64,000 bases of DNA, taken from contig OX597822.1 of NCBI GenBank assembly GCA_951406725.2, positions 27,094,001-27,158,000 of the forward strand, in the 5' to 3' direction. Positions within the stretch are counted from its first letter, which is position 1, and each line of letters opens with the position of its first letter. Below the pieces are notes generated by a model that was not told the origin of the DNA, searched no databases, and saw nothing but the letters and a program-made list of their open reading frames with translations. Position numbers and translations under genes: made by a program. Positions 38,435 to 51,703 of this stretch are shown one piece after another. The DNA is from Octopus vulgaris. Lineage: Eukaryota.

Positions 38435-39337
38435 GGCGGCGAGCTGGCAGAATTGTTAGCACGCCGAGTAAAATGCTTTCGTCCGCCCTTACATTCTGAA
38501 ATGCTTAGCAAAATGCTTAGCGGTATTTTGTCTGCCGTTACGTTCTGAGTTCAAATTCCGCCGAGGTCGATAAATTAAGTACCGGTTACGCACTGGGATC
38601 GATGTGATCGACTTAATCCCTTTGTATGTCCTTGTTTGTCTCCTCTATGTTTAGCCCCTTGTGGGTAATAAAGAAGTAAGAATCTTTAGCGCGTCGAACA
38701 AAATGTTTAGTCACATTTCTTCTTGCTCTTTACTTTCTGAGTTCAAATACAACAGAGGTCAACATTGCTTTTCATTCTTTTGAGGTCTATAAAGTAAAGT
38801 ACTGGGAAGTAAATGTGTGAATAACATCGACTAACTACCCCCACCCAAAAACTGCTGGACTTGTGCTAACATTTTGAAAGAATTATTCATCATAACAACG
38901 ATACACGCCTTGATCTTTGTGTGTCATGTGCTACAAGGATTTCGGCGACAGAATGAAAATGGTTATCTTGGATGAAGGATGCTGTGTATATTACCCTATG
39001 TCATTTTCACAGCAAGCTGCAGTGGATTCTGAAAGACAGTGTGTGTGTGTGTGTGTGTGTGTGAGCGCGTGTGTGAGTATGTGTGAGTGAGTTTGTGTAT
39101 GTGTGTGCATATATATTTACATTTCTTTATTGCCCACAGAGAGGACAAACAAGGTCAGACAAACGGATTAATTCGATTATATCGACCCCAGTGCATAACT
39201 GGTACTTAATTTATCGACCCCGAAAGGATGAAAGGCAAAGTCGACCTCGGCGGAATTTGAACTCAGAACGTAGCGGCAGACGAAATACGGCTACTCATTT
39301 CGCCCGGCGTGCTAATGTTTCTGCCAGCTCACCGCCC
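38435..39337. mobile_element. Family-A SINE copies (plus 38435-38880, minus 39121-39337)
   Basis: Same head, B box, core and tail as the other copies. Confidence 0.85.
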
Positions 39338-39460
39338 TGTGTGTGCATATATATATATATATGTGTGAGTGTGTGTTTATGTGTGTGCGAGTGCGTACGT
39401 GTGCGTTTGTGTGTGTGAGTGTTTGTGTGTATGCGTGAGTGAGTGTGTATGTGTGTATGA

Positions 39461-39500
<40 letters not shown>

Positions 39501-40669
39501 AAGAAAGAGAGAGGGAGAAAGAAAGAGAAAGAGTGAGAGAGATTAATCCGAGTATTTCTTCATTTTATGGATCTCAGAAGTATGAGACCACGGCAGAATT
39601 TGAAATCAGAACGTAAAGGACCGTGACTGAATAACGTATGCCATTTTGTCCGACGCTCTACTGATTCTGCAAAATAAATTTAAAAAAATAGATATATGAA
39701 AATAATTCACGAAGCTCGAAAGCATTTGAATTTGGACGAGAAGGCCATGGTACGAAGTTTCGTGATAGTGTATGTTAGGCTGTCTCTGTGAAGTATACTA
39801 CGTCAGAACGTTAGCTTTTCAATATTGCATGAAGTTTGCAGCAACGTCAACAATATCAATGACAAAAACTAACAAAATGCATTGTTTCACAATAAGTAAG
39901 ACAGCAAATCGCGGCTAACTTTCACTATTAGGTTTAATACTTCAAACGTACAGAACATCTTGCATTCAGCGTGTAAAGAATCCTGTTTGAAACATTAGAT
40001 CAGATCATTGTTCTAGATATTTATTCAGAAATCGAAGAAGTTTTACTACCGATTGTTTCTGAGTCAACAAAGAATTCTTCAAAGAAGCCGAAAGCATTAT
40101 GCATGTCAACTAAGTCAGACGTTTCTTCACACCGTATCAGCAACACAGCTATTAATATTTATTTGTTCCTTTGCCCATTTTTCTTTTAATTTTGTTTCAT
40201 ATTTCTTTGCTTGCTTGCTCCTTCCTTCCTTCCTTTCTTTCTTTCTTTCTTCCTTCCTTTCTTTCTTTCAATATCCACATCATTATAATTACATTATCAA
40301 ACAATCCATCACATTGTTTTTCTCCCGCGGCCTCTTTCCACTCAACATTTTCAACCTTGTCCTTCCTTCCTCACGTCTCACACTTCCTTCTCAAGTATGA
40401 TCTCTTTCTTTCCATTTTCTCATCGTCCTTATACATACACACACACACACATATAGTTATACACACATACACACAGTGTGTGTGTGTGTATAACTTTTTT
40501 TACGGAACAAAGAAGCTCACACATTTGAGTGGTTTACTTTCATTTTCTCATCATAGTTCTATTTCTTCCATTATTTATAGTTCCATAGTTCTTGTACGAA
40601 AATGTGATTTTTCCATTCCGAGAGATAGGTTGTCATAGAAAAGAGGTGGAAAATAATTGCAGTATATTC

Positions 40670-41033
40670 TTTTCTTTTCTTCTCTAGGCACATCAACCCC
40701 AGTACGCAACATGTACTTAATTTATCGACCCCGAAAGGATGAAAGATAAAGTCGACCAGGGCGGAATTTGAACTCAGAACGTAAAGGTAGACGAAATACC
40801 TATTTCTTTACTACCCACAAAGGGCTAAACACGGAGGGGACAAACAAGGACAGACAAACGGATTAAGTCGATTATATCGACCCCAGTGCGTAACTGGTAC
40901 TTAATTTATCGACCCCGAAAGGATGAAAGGCAAAGTCGACCTCGGCGGAATTTGAATTCAGTACGTAACGGCAGACGAAATACCGCTAAGCATTTCGCCA
41001 GGCGTGTGCTAACGATTCTGTCAGACCGCCGCC
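40670..41033 (-). mobile_element. Family-A SINE dimer
   Basis: Head, core and tail 1, joined at gacgaaatac|ctatttcttt (about 40800) to a second core and an internally deleted tail 2. Confidence 0.9.
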
Positions 41034-41056
41034 TTAATAATTGCAGTATATTGCAG

Positions 41057-41096
<40 letters not shown>

Positions 41097-41640
41097 TAAA
41101 GAGAGAGAGGTGTGTGTACTTACATACATGTGTGTGTATATAAAAATATTGATATGTATATATCGCGGTGTTATGACAGCAGCAAGTAAAAAAAATTAAA
41201 GAATAAAAGAATATATAGAGAGAGCCACTTACTGGAAGCAGAGGCATTGCATTGCCAAAATTTGGAAGAGGGACAGTCATAAAACATTAGTGTTTGTAGT
41301 CAGGTCAACTCACGTTACCCTATTAGCATTGTGTATAGGGTAGATGTTCTCCGCACTTAAACCATACAACAGCCATTCTTTCATTGCTTTGTTTCTTATA
41401 ACCAGAAATGATGCTCATGAAAATAGCATTAATTTTCTTTGGATACAACTGTAAGCCTAACTTGTTCCAATAAAGGAAAAATATATAATGGCGATTATTT
41501 TTAACTTGTTTGTTGTGTGTGTGTATATACTACTGCTACTAATATAGGATGAAATTTTTTTCAGAAAAAAACTTTCATCAAAAGTGGCAGCATATTAAAA
41601 TACCCATAAAGTTTAAAATTATAAATAAGTTATAAACAAG

Positions 41641-41767
41641 GGCAACAGAAAAATTATTTCAATGCTCAATATGCTGAGAACAGACTTTAAATCGCCAATA
41701 ATGTGGAAATTGACGATTTAAAGTCTGCTCTCAGCATATAGGCATTGAAATAATGTTTCTGTTGTCC
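41641..41767. repeat. About 59-bp-arm inverted repeat next to (TA)n
   Basis: ggcaacagaaaaattatttcaatgc..atatgctgagaacagactttaaatcgccaat versus attgacgatttaaagtctgctctcagcatat..gcattgaaataatgtttctgttgtcc, with a 9-nt spacer. Confidence 0.85.
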
Positions 41768-41776
41768 TATAATATA

Positions 41777-41807
<31 letters not shown>

Positions 41808-41822
41808 GTGTGTGTGTGTGTG

Positions 41823-41881
<59 letters not shown>

Positions 41882-42575
41882 GAAATTTGCAGAAAAATAA
41901 AAGCCGAAGACAGGTGTATGAACAAGAAGCAGGTGTATTAGTTTGACGCTCGAGATTGTGAGGAAGTCTTTTCCGTATTGAGCCTACGCTCTACAACAGA
42001 AAGGATTAAGAGAATATAGACGCCAAAGGGGATAAGTTGCGCATACCCTGCACGAAAACGAAAATGCGATGATGTAGTATGCACAACAACCAGCCCTATC
42101 TAGATGTTGACATAAGAGATGCAGCTTAGCAATAATATTTTTATGCATGGCGCAAAAGATTTTACGACAACTGACCTAGCCACATCAATTTCAGATTGGA
42201 GTCATCGGCACTAACATACAAGACCGCCACAACCAATGGATCCAGGATGGCCATCTGTGACATCAGCACAGATGTTACATCAATACTCTTACTGAACCTA
42301 AGAAGACAGTTACAAGTCGGTAACAAAATCAAAATTCCATTCGTGAGAGACCTTGTGACATGAAATCAAGACTTATGCACAGCTCTCGCTGAAACGCATC
42401 TAGCTCGCCGATGCAGAAAAACACGCACCAAAGTATGTTATCTTGCGAATGGCAGAAAAATAGGAGCCATGGTGGAGTTGTAATGTACATCTGTGAAAAC
42501 TTCGCGTTCCAAGTCCGTTTGGCATTCTCAAATACGGTGTGCGACATATTAATTGTACATATAAGACAACTCGAT

Positions 42576-42946
42576 ATATTGGGTTGAGAAATGATTTATC
42601 ATCCCTTTTTTCAAATTGAAAAATGCACGCAGAAATAAAACGCATTGGCAAAATGTTTTGTTATTTGAATGATAAATTTTGCTCTACAAAATAGTGTGTT
42701 TTGATTTTATAAATGTTATTGATTTATGGAATATCAAGTGGACAAGACTGAGTATTTTCGACACCATTTACTTTTAGCGTTTAACCGAGGTGCTAAGCCC
42801 GCCGATGCTGTTACAGAGAGTTGTGCTGTGTATGGAGAAGGAACAATGTCTCAAAGTACCGCCCGCCGTTGGTTTTCGCTCTTCAGAAATTGTAATTTTG
42901 ATCTCAAGGACGGATCAAACACCAGTCGACCAATTGAGTTCGATGA
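42576..42946 (+). mobile_element. Mariner 5' end: TIR, leader and transposase HTH fragment
   Basis: TA-ttgggttgagaaat TIR-like start. ORF from 42726 MEYQVDKTEYFRHHLLLAFNRGAKPADA...VYGEG...TARRWFSLFR..NFDLKD....RP is a mariner HTH domain. Confidence 0.88.
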
Positions 42947-43258
42947 ACCTTGCACATTGAGTGAAGGTGGATCATCACAATTTTTTTATCACAATCCATC
43001 TGCTCTACCAATTTTCTGGTCGTTTGACATAGCTTTTCGTAAAGAAGTTCATTCAATCACTCTTCATTGAACTCAATTGGTCGACGGGTGTGTGACCTGT
43101 CCTTGTGGTCAAAATTCCCATTTTTGAAGCGCGAAAACCAACAGTGGGCGGTACTTTGAGGCATTGTTCCTTCTCCATACACAATACAAATCTCACGAGC
43201 AGCTTCAGCGGGCTTAACAGCTCGATTAAGCAAATGGTGTCGAAAATAATCAGGCTGT
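42947..43258 (-). pseudogene. Second mariner transposase fragment, inverted against the first
   Basis: 43065-43258 is a diverged reverse complement of about 42740-42946. 42947-43064 continues the minus-strand reading (LNELLYEKLCQTTRKLVEQM). Confidence 0.85.
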
Positions 43259-43467
43259 ACTTTTAGAATTTCTGAGGGCTTCAGTTGAGTTTCCTTCTAC
43301 CAATGCTATTTAAAGTTTCAGGGTCACCCAAAACTATGGTAAAGGTACTCGCCCAATATGCTATGCAGTGAGATAGAACCCAGATATTCATGATTGTGGA
43401 GGAAATTTATTGCTTAATTAATTACATCTGCGTCCACAAGATAATTAGAAAGAGGATCAGAGATCCC

Positions 43468-43821
43468 CTTTCTGCCGTTACGTTCTGAGTTCAAATTCCG
43501 CCGAGATCGACTTTGCCTTTCATCCTTTCGGGGTCGATTAAATAAGTACCAGTTACGCACTGGGGTCGATATAATCGACTTAATCCGTTTGTCTGTCCTT
43601 GTTTGCCCCCTCTGTGTGTAGCCCCTTGTGGGCAATAAAGAAATAAAAAACGTTAGCACGCCGGGCGAAATGCTTAGCAGTGTTTCGTCTGTCTTTATAT
43701 TCTGAGTTCAAATTCCGCCGAAATCGACCTTGCCTTTCATCCTTTAGAGGTCTATAAATTAAGTACCAGTTGTGTACTGGAGTCGATCTAATCTGGCCTT
43801 GTGCCTAGAGTAGAAAAGAAT
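43468..43821 (+). mobile_element. Family-A SINE dimer
   Basis: Core and tail 1, then partial head, core and tail 2. Confidence 0.88.
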
Positions 43822-44124
43822 ATCTATTACAATTGTAATGTTATAATATTAGAGATGAGCTTGTGCTCCTCTATATCACTTCTGCATTCAACTTAGTATT
43901 TATTTATTTTCATTAAAACAACTAAACATTTAAAATATATATCTGAAACTGTAGATTAAACTACAAATTAATATATACAAACTATAAATTAATATCGAAG
44001 AAACGTGAGTGGTATATAAATATAATCTTTTCAGCACTGGCACGAAAAGCAAAAATGAAAAGATTTGAAACCTTTAAATTAGAAATTCATTCGTGAGAAA
44101 CAAAGATTAAATGAGACAGATAGA

Positions 44125-44310
44125 GAGAATGAATGAATGAATGAATGAGTAAGAGAAAGAATGAGAGAATGGAGAGAATGAGTGAATGAGTAAGAGAAAG
44201 AATGAGTGAATGAGTAAGAGAAAGAATGAGAGAATGAGTGAAAGAGTAAGAGAAAGAATGAGAGAATAGAGAGAATGAGTAAGAGAAAGAATGGGAGAAT
44301 GAGTGAACAA
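44125..44310. repeat. Purine-rich minisatellite with about 24-bp period
   Basis: gaatgagtgaatgagtaagagaaa and variants repeated in tandem. Confidence 0.8.
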
Positions 44311-44399
44311 GAGTGAAGCGGAAAGATTGAGAAAGACTTAGATTTAGATAGAGCAAGATATATATATATATATATATATAGTGAGAGAAAGAGAAAGAG

Positions 44400-44464
<65 letters not shown>

Positions 44465-45384
44465 GGGAAACAAAGATTTATGTACTTACAACATGAAGAT
44501 GGGAAAGTGTTTAGAAAGATTAGCAATTTACAAGAAGGGGAATATCGTGAGAGTAAAGCTGATGCCGTCTAAGAATACATTGAGCATGAAAGCATGCATT
44601 ATCAGTATAGAAGCTGTAGACTGTTGAGGCTAAATGAAAGGCAAATTACAACAGATAAAGATAAATGAGATATATATTTGGAATTGGCACAAAAGATAAG
44701 ATCTAGGATGCTGAAGTGGAGATAACTTGTGTTATTAGTGAAATAATTTCGTACGACTTGTAACGAAATCTGAAAAATAGATTTATTATAATGTTTGAAG
44801 TGTGTACAAGAATGGTGTCTGGCAAACCGCAGACAAATATACTCTGTGTTGATAATCGAAATCTAAAGCTATTCGTTGCAGCTATTCATTCAGTTGTTGT
44901 ATCATAAAATTCTTGTACGGCAGCCAATTCGACTTCTTAGAAAAACTATCCATATTTCACTCAAATCCCAGTCTGTTGTCTTCGAAAATAAAGAGCTGAC
45001 GTAATCGTTAAATGTACTCTAACAAACTATAAATTAAAATAAGCGAGATTGCATGGCCAGAATATCTTAGATCACAGGTTTACCTGATCAGTGCTGACTT
45101 GAGGTTAACTCAGAAAATAAATTAGAGACAGGCTGGGTATCAATTAAATGTATTAATATTATATGGAAAGCGATTGAGAAAACCAGGATTTCTTGAGGAG
45201 GGTTTTTGAGGATTCAGTAGAGGACAGGACAAATAACTATGCTTAATAAAATTAAGATTTAAAACTTTGAAACCCGTTAACGTTCCTAATTACATTCCAG
45301 ATACACCTCACTGATGATCTGGAATACAATATTAAAGGTATCTCTGGGATCTTAGGAGTTCCTTCATCTTTGAACATCAGACTC

Positions 45385-45454
45385 CTATCTATTGATATCT
45401 ATCTATCAATATTTACCTACCTTTTACCTGTAGAAATTGAATATACACACACAA

Positions 45455-45511
<57 letters not shown>

Positions 45512-45700
45512 GTATATATGTGTGTAGAAATATATACGCATGTGTGAACTGCATATATATATATATATATATATATCGTGCTCGAACTACACACATATAT
45601 ACATAATATATATATATATATATATATATATGTATTTGTGTGTGTATATTCAATTTCTACAGAAAAGTATAAATATTGATAGATAGATATCAATAGATAT
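45385..45700. repeat. Inverted duplication that includes microsatellite tracts
   Basis: About 45385-45527 and 45587-45700 are reverse complements, apart from (TA)n length and a small indel. Confidence 0.9.
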
Positions 45701-45963
45701 AGTATATATATATAATATATTCCATATCAGAGATCTGGAGAGAGAGAGAGAGAGAGAGATAGGAGACTGTTATTGAAAGATCCGAATCTCGCTAAGTTCC
45801 CAGAAACATAATTGATAATGCATTCCTGAGCATCGGTGAGAGGATTTAAAATTCTGATGCCTCTCTTTAATTTCTCAATTCCTAACAACGTTTCCTTGCA
45901 GGAGGACTTTATCCGAAGTGTTTGATTTTCAACTCCCCACGGCATTATTATTACCGAATAATA

Positions 45964-46183
45964 TAGAAGGGGGTGTTGAAAAGTTCCTGGTTTTAAGGGT
46001 GTCGCGAAAGGCCTGGTTGGAGGCCCAACATTCCGAGTTCTTTTACAGGGTTGAGAAAAACTGAAGGACCGCTGTCATAAGTGTGTGGATTTGAGAGGGG
46101 AATATGATGAATAAAATCATAAGTAATTGTTCCTCCTGTATTTTCTTTTACCCAAAGTCAGAAACTTTTCAGCATCCATTCGT
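45964..46183 (+). mobile_element. Internally deleted mariner (MITE)
   Basis: Decayed TIRs gaagggggtgttgaaaagttcctggtttt / aaagtcagaaacttttcagcatccattc. The interior keeps the transposase C-terminus LKDRCHKCVDLRGEYDE*. Confidence 0.85.
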
Positions 46184-46315
46184 GAAAACACACTCACACA
46201 CTGAAAAGTTGCTATTTAGAATGAGATAGTAAAACAGTTAGCTTAGAGTTCAACGTAAATGAATGTACATCCAACTTCAATCAAGTATTCAACATAATTT
46301 CTCTTACAGTTCTAT

Positions 46316-46653
46316 ATTTAAGGGATGAGGAATTATGTACGTTATTTACAATTGACGGATATTTGTCCTCAATCACTACGCCACATGTCCACGGTCATAT
46401 GGCGTAGTGGTTAAGAGCGCTAGCTACTAACTCCAAGATTCCGAGTTCGATTCCAGGCAGTGAACTGAATAATAATAAGAAGAAGAACAGCAACAACGAA
46501 AAATACCTTAGGAATGAAAACCCAGGTTCGAAGTTACCCCAAGACACCTGATGAAGGCTGGAGGGTATATCAACCGAAACTTTTTTGTTAACAACTTACA
46601 AGATGAGGACAAATATCTGTCAATTGTAAATAATGTAAATAATGTACATAATT
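46316..46653 (+). mobile_element. Composite element: inverted tail copy, tRNA-like head, hammerhead core, tail
   Basis: 46331-46371 is the reverse complement of 46604-46653, with one 9-bp duplication. A box TGGCGTAGTGG at 46400-46410, B box GAGTTCGATTCC at 46443-46454, CUGAUGA at 46548-46554, GAAAC at 46576-46580. Confidence 0.7.
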
Positions 46654-47162
46654 TGTCTTCTGATTATCTTGTATTATATACATTTGAATGATTAACAGCA
46701 TACAATGATTAGCAGAATACAAGACGGGATTTAGTTAAATGTTTTATTATAACTTTATAAATTACATTATCTTTATGCGTATCTCAGTAGCGAATCCTAG
46801 ATTCACTCACGAAAAATGCAGTTCTCATTTATCTCTACACACTAACTAAGATTAGTAAATAACTATGAAATAAATTACTATTTCCTTCAGAAGATCTGGC
46901 GTTTCTGGGTGATTACTGGACCTCCCAAGGCACAAGATTGCTTTCAACACGCAATTTCACATGAAGAATATTGCAAGCCAAATGCAAAAACGAAGTATAC
47001 ACACGCACGCATACACACACACACACAAACATACCATAATACACGCACTCATGCATTGTTTACTTTTTAAGAATCTACTTCTAACTTTATACAAGCTGCA
47101 TGAGTTATGAAATAAATAATTTTAACCGTGGAATTCGACGGAAATAAATGTATAAATAATAG

Positions 47163-47394
47163 CTATTTCTTTACTACCCACAAGGGGCTACACACAGAGG
47201 GGACAAACAAGGACAGACAAACGGATTAAGTCGATTAAATCGACCCCAGTGCGTAACTAGTACTTAAATTATCGACCCCGAAAGGATGAAAGGCAAAGTC
47301 GACCTCGGCGGAATTTGAACTCAGAACGTAACGGCAGACGAAATACGGCTACGCATTTCGCCCGGCGTGCTAACGTTTCTGCCAGCTCGCCGCC
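47163..47394 (-). mobile_element. Family-A SINE monomer, close to the window consensus
   Basis: Complete head, core and tail 1. Flanked by a direct repeat of ataaatgtataaataatagc (about 47144-47163 and 47397-47416), consistent with a TSD. Confidence 0.92.
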
Positions 47395-50300
47395 TTATAA
47401 ATGTATAAATAATAGCATGTAGAAAAACCCTTTGAACAGAAGAAAGGTGAAGGGTGCACGTGGGACAGTACTGTTTTGGTATAAAGGTTGTCATGACCAC
47501 AGATGTGGATTTGTGTCCGTCAGGCAACCCACGACTTTTTTCTATTCAAGAGGATCTTTTAAATCAATATTCTGTTACATACTGCTATTTATATTTCTGA
47601 AGTTAAGATGATTTATTTAATATCTCTAAGCAAAGAATAAAGGTTTCACATTTTGGGATAAGTCCAACAATGTCAGGGGAAGGGTAAGTCGATTACATCA
47701 ATTCCTCAGCTTAATTGATTCTTATTTTATCGAGACCGAGAGGACGGAAGGTAAAGTCGACCTTGGAAGAATTTGAGCTCAGAATGTAATAACGGGCGAA
47801 ATGCCACTAAGCATTCTAACCGCCGTGATAACGGTTCTGCAGCTAAACGAATAATAATAATAAATTCATATAATATAAAGAGTATAACATTTTCGCTGAT
47901 AAGAACAGAACATCTAAAATGGTTATATAGACCTCAAAAGCTTTTTTGGTATAATGGTAGTACATCTGCCATGACCACAGACGATGTCGGTTCGTGTCAT
48001 ACGGATTTGACCTTTTTTTCTTTTAAATCAAATATTCAATATGATGCTCTTTATACCTTTATCTACTTCGTGTTATAAAGTTAAAACGACTTATATATCC
48101 ACACACACACATATGTACATCGTTTAAAGGTTGGAAATCAAAGTAGATAAAGTTATAATTGATAGCGTATATATATTGTGTTAAAGACTATTTCGATTGA
48201 CAAAATTCGAAGGCATCCTGTGGGATACGTCTCCCGTAATCTCTAAATTCTTTATAACGTAAATAATATATGGTTGTGTGTGTTGTGTGCACATACATAT
48301 ATATATATATATATACACACACATACATGCGAGTGTGTGTGTGTGAAAAGGGTTCCCATACTCTTCTCTGCACCACAGTTCTTGTCTGGACAATATCGAT
48401 AATCATTCAAGAAACTCTATGCCAAATGCAGATGTTGGTTTACAAAACGAAAAGAAAAGAGGGAGTGAAAAATATGCAAACTACTTTCTGTTGATATTTC
48501 TTTCAAAACTTTCATTCGTCTGATTCAGCTTTAGTTCTTAATAAGACTTACTTTTGCTTGAGCAGAAATTGGAAAGTGGTGGTGGTGGGGGGGAAGGTGT
48601 GGATGTGTGAGACGAATTCTGAAGACAACGATTCTTTGGAATGTTTTGTAGTAAAACTGTCAGCGGTGTGTATGTGTATGTATAACAATATCTGTACATG
48701 ATGTTCACTCGAGGCTTATGTGTGTCCTGCGTTCTGTCTTTATTCTATTCATCAACAAATAAGTGTACAAGTGACAGTGAAATTGCTGAAAAGGCTGTTT
48801 AGCGAGCTAAAACGACAGAAAAAACTGATAAACTGAAGAATAACTTCTGTCGTAGAATTTCCAACGTTTTCAATATAGAAAGAGATTTGTGTGTTCGGAC
48901 GATTTGCGCTGTTAAGGATATGGCGTCAGTACTTCTGCATCTATTAATAACTTATATGATTTCGTTACGTGCTGAAAAGAGCCAAATACATTAAAATATA
49001 GCTACCAACCTGATCTGCAGATTCGGTTTCAATTTCTTGTTGAATCTGCATTCTTTGATTTAAATTCTTGAAGCTACTAGAAAAAGGGGATGGTCACATT
49101 TTGCCAGTTAAATACACACACTATAGCGCCTGTCTTTAATTGGCAAAATTTGACCATTCCCAAGTATATCAATATCTATTTCAACATACGAATCTTGCAA
49201 AACAAATACGTATTCCATTTATCTTTCCCTATAAATATTTGGACATTTGTATAAATAATATAATTGAAGGTATGTTTTTATGGCTTCTGTGCATGTGACT
49301 TGTGCATGTATGCTGCGACTTGTCTGTGTGTGAGTGTGTCTGAGAAACAGACGGTGCGTATGTCTGAGAAATAGACTATGTGTGGGTGTGTGTACACGCG
49401 CGCACAAATATGAGAAAGGCAGATAAGTTGCTGAGAATTTAGAATGTCGCTTTTCTTTTCCTCTACAAATATTTAGATTGACTTTTAAATAATGATTTCT
49501 ATTTTACTGGAGTCAATTCCTCATCCTTCTCTCTATCTCTGTCTTCAGACTGTGTCTGTAATTCAAAAGTTCAAACTTATATTGTGTATCGCTCTTTTCA
49601 GCCTTAAAATTGTCTTAAGAGACTAATCCATAGAATTGTTCGAGCAAGTATTTAGTTGGTCGAAGTCAAACAATGGATTGCTTAACGTTGAGACCGCATG
49701 AGAATGTTACCGAGGATAAGAACAATTAAGTTGATTTTATTTAATACGCACAGGAAAAGAAATTAAGGCGAGAGAAAAAAGAAAAGTATTAGATGTCGGT
49801 ATTTCACTTAAAAATTTTAATTTACTTAGTCTTTTTGCATGATTAAAAGAATTACTACGGGCATTGACGTGCTGTCCTCACTTTCAATTTATTTCAGTAG
49901 AACAACAAAGAACGATCTATATTCTTTTTCCCAGTTTAGATAAAATTAAAAAAATCAATTGAATCTAATTCTTTTGATAGGATTAATCAATATGTTAAGA
50001 ACTAGCTACACGGAATTTTCCTTCTGATGAGTGAGAATGTATTTTCACAAATTATTCATCAACTCTGCAGGCTTCTACGCAGCTTAGATGAAAAGAAAAT
50101 GCATGAAAGAAATTAAAAATATATTGCCCCGATTTTGTAGTGTTATTAACGACTAACTACTATTTTAGATATTTTAGGCCGTAATTACAGCAACTAAAAT
50201 ATCAGAGATCAGATTTAATTGAAAACATTTTATCTATTATAAACGCTTATAGTCAATTAGAGCTTAGCTTCTATTAAAACGGATAATTTCTATCGAGGTG

Positions 50301-50890
50301 ATTTATTTCTTCAATCCTCCCCCTCCCCCATCACCACCACGCACAGTTAGCTAAGTTATCATAATGGAAAAAAAAGATGAATGCAAAACAAAAAAAGAAA
50401 ACAAAAAGGCCACAACATCAACAAAATCCCGAACCACATACGCACACACATATACATATATAAATACATGATGTTGGACTCTCCCGTCGAAGACGACGTT
50501 TGAACGTTCAGCTTTTGTCGAACGACCTGCACAAATGATTTGTTTATAGTGATCAAGTGTTCCGTATTGCTCATTAACTCACTCTGTCCATCAAATCGAC
50601 ATAGTCTGAAGAAGTGCACTGTGTACCATGCGTCAAGTGTCGAAGTGATCCCAGAGCAACGCGAGGTGAAGCGTTTTGCTCAAGAACACAACACACCACT
50701 CGGTCTTGGAAATGAAATCTTTTAAAAGTTCAACGATAAAAAAATAATGTTTACTCTAGACAGCCAGACAGACGGGTATCCAAACCAATTCTCCCCCAAA
50801 TCACGCACCAGAGTTTTGAAAAACGGTAAGGCACATTGAATATTATAGTCGTAGATACTCTTTGCCGCAGTAAAAAAGGGAATGGTCGTT

Positions 50891-51020
50891 GTGATGCATG
50901 TGCCTGGTGCACCATTATCAGACGAGTAGTCATGATGGGTATACTGGGCTTCGTATATTTTACCCCAGTGTCACTTTGATGGCATGCCCTGCTCTCTCAC
51001 TCAATAATAATAATAATAAT
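50891..51020 (+). mobile_element. 3' end of a (TAA)n-tailed retroelement
   Basis: Reverse complement of 52101-52213, followed by (TAA)n. Confidence 0.8.
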
Positions 51021-51703
51021 CCTTTCTATTAAAACCACACCAGCTGTTGCTCATTTCAAAGAAACTTCAAAATGTCTATAGAGTGTAACTAAATTCTCTT
51101 CAGTAGAGGAGTTTGGAGTAACCATAAATCGCTATGTTATTTCAAGAAGACTGAAATGATAAATCATCGGGTTTATATACTATATATATATATATATATA
51201 TATAGGCAAATCGTTGCTAAACCCTTAATTACTTAGTATATATATATATATATATATAAAAGATGTACAAATTACAGCACTACTACTACTATCATTTTCC
51301 GATTGATTTGCATTTTATTTATCTTCCGATCGAGTCTCAACCAGAGACCTAAGATACGTATATGTTAGACGGAGAGAAACTTCCTGAGAATGTGTTTAAT
51401 TGCTGTCAACATAATTTTTTGAGTCGCATGGATTGTTGGTTTCCCAGGGATCTAGTTAAAAATTTTGTCACTATCTTTTTTGATCATTCCAAAAACACCT
51501 ACAACAACAGGCATGGTTTTGGTATTATTATTAAGGCGTGGAGCTTGCAGAGTCGTTACAAAATGCTGTCACTCAAAATGCTGCCTTTCATCCATTTGGA
51601 GTCAATAAAATAAGCACTAAAGTCGACCTGGTTGACTTACCCCTACCCCATCTTACTAGTCTTATGCCAAAATTTGAAACGATTATTATTATTATTATTA
51701 TTA

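Noticed and set aside
42726-43070. SETMAR-like host gene
   Set aside because: Only the mariner HTH is present, preceded by a TIR. The ORF tail is read-through into the inverted second fragment.
46393-46465. Functional tRNA gene
   Set aside because: Acceptor and anticodon stems pair badly and there is no T-run terminator directly after; treated as an element head.
50024-50062. CUGAUGA followed by a hairpin as a hammerhead
   Set aside because: No GAAA after the stem and no stem I pairing.
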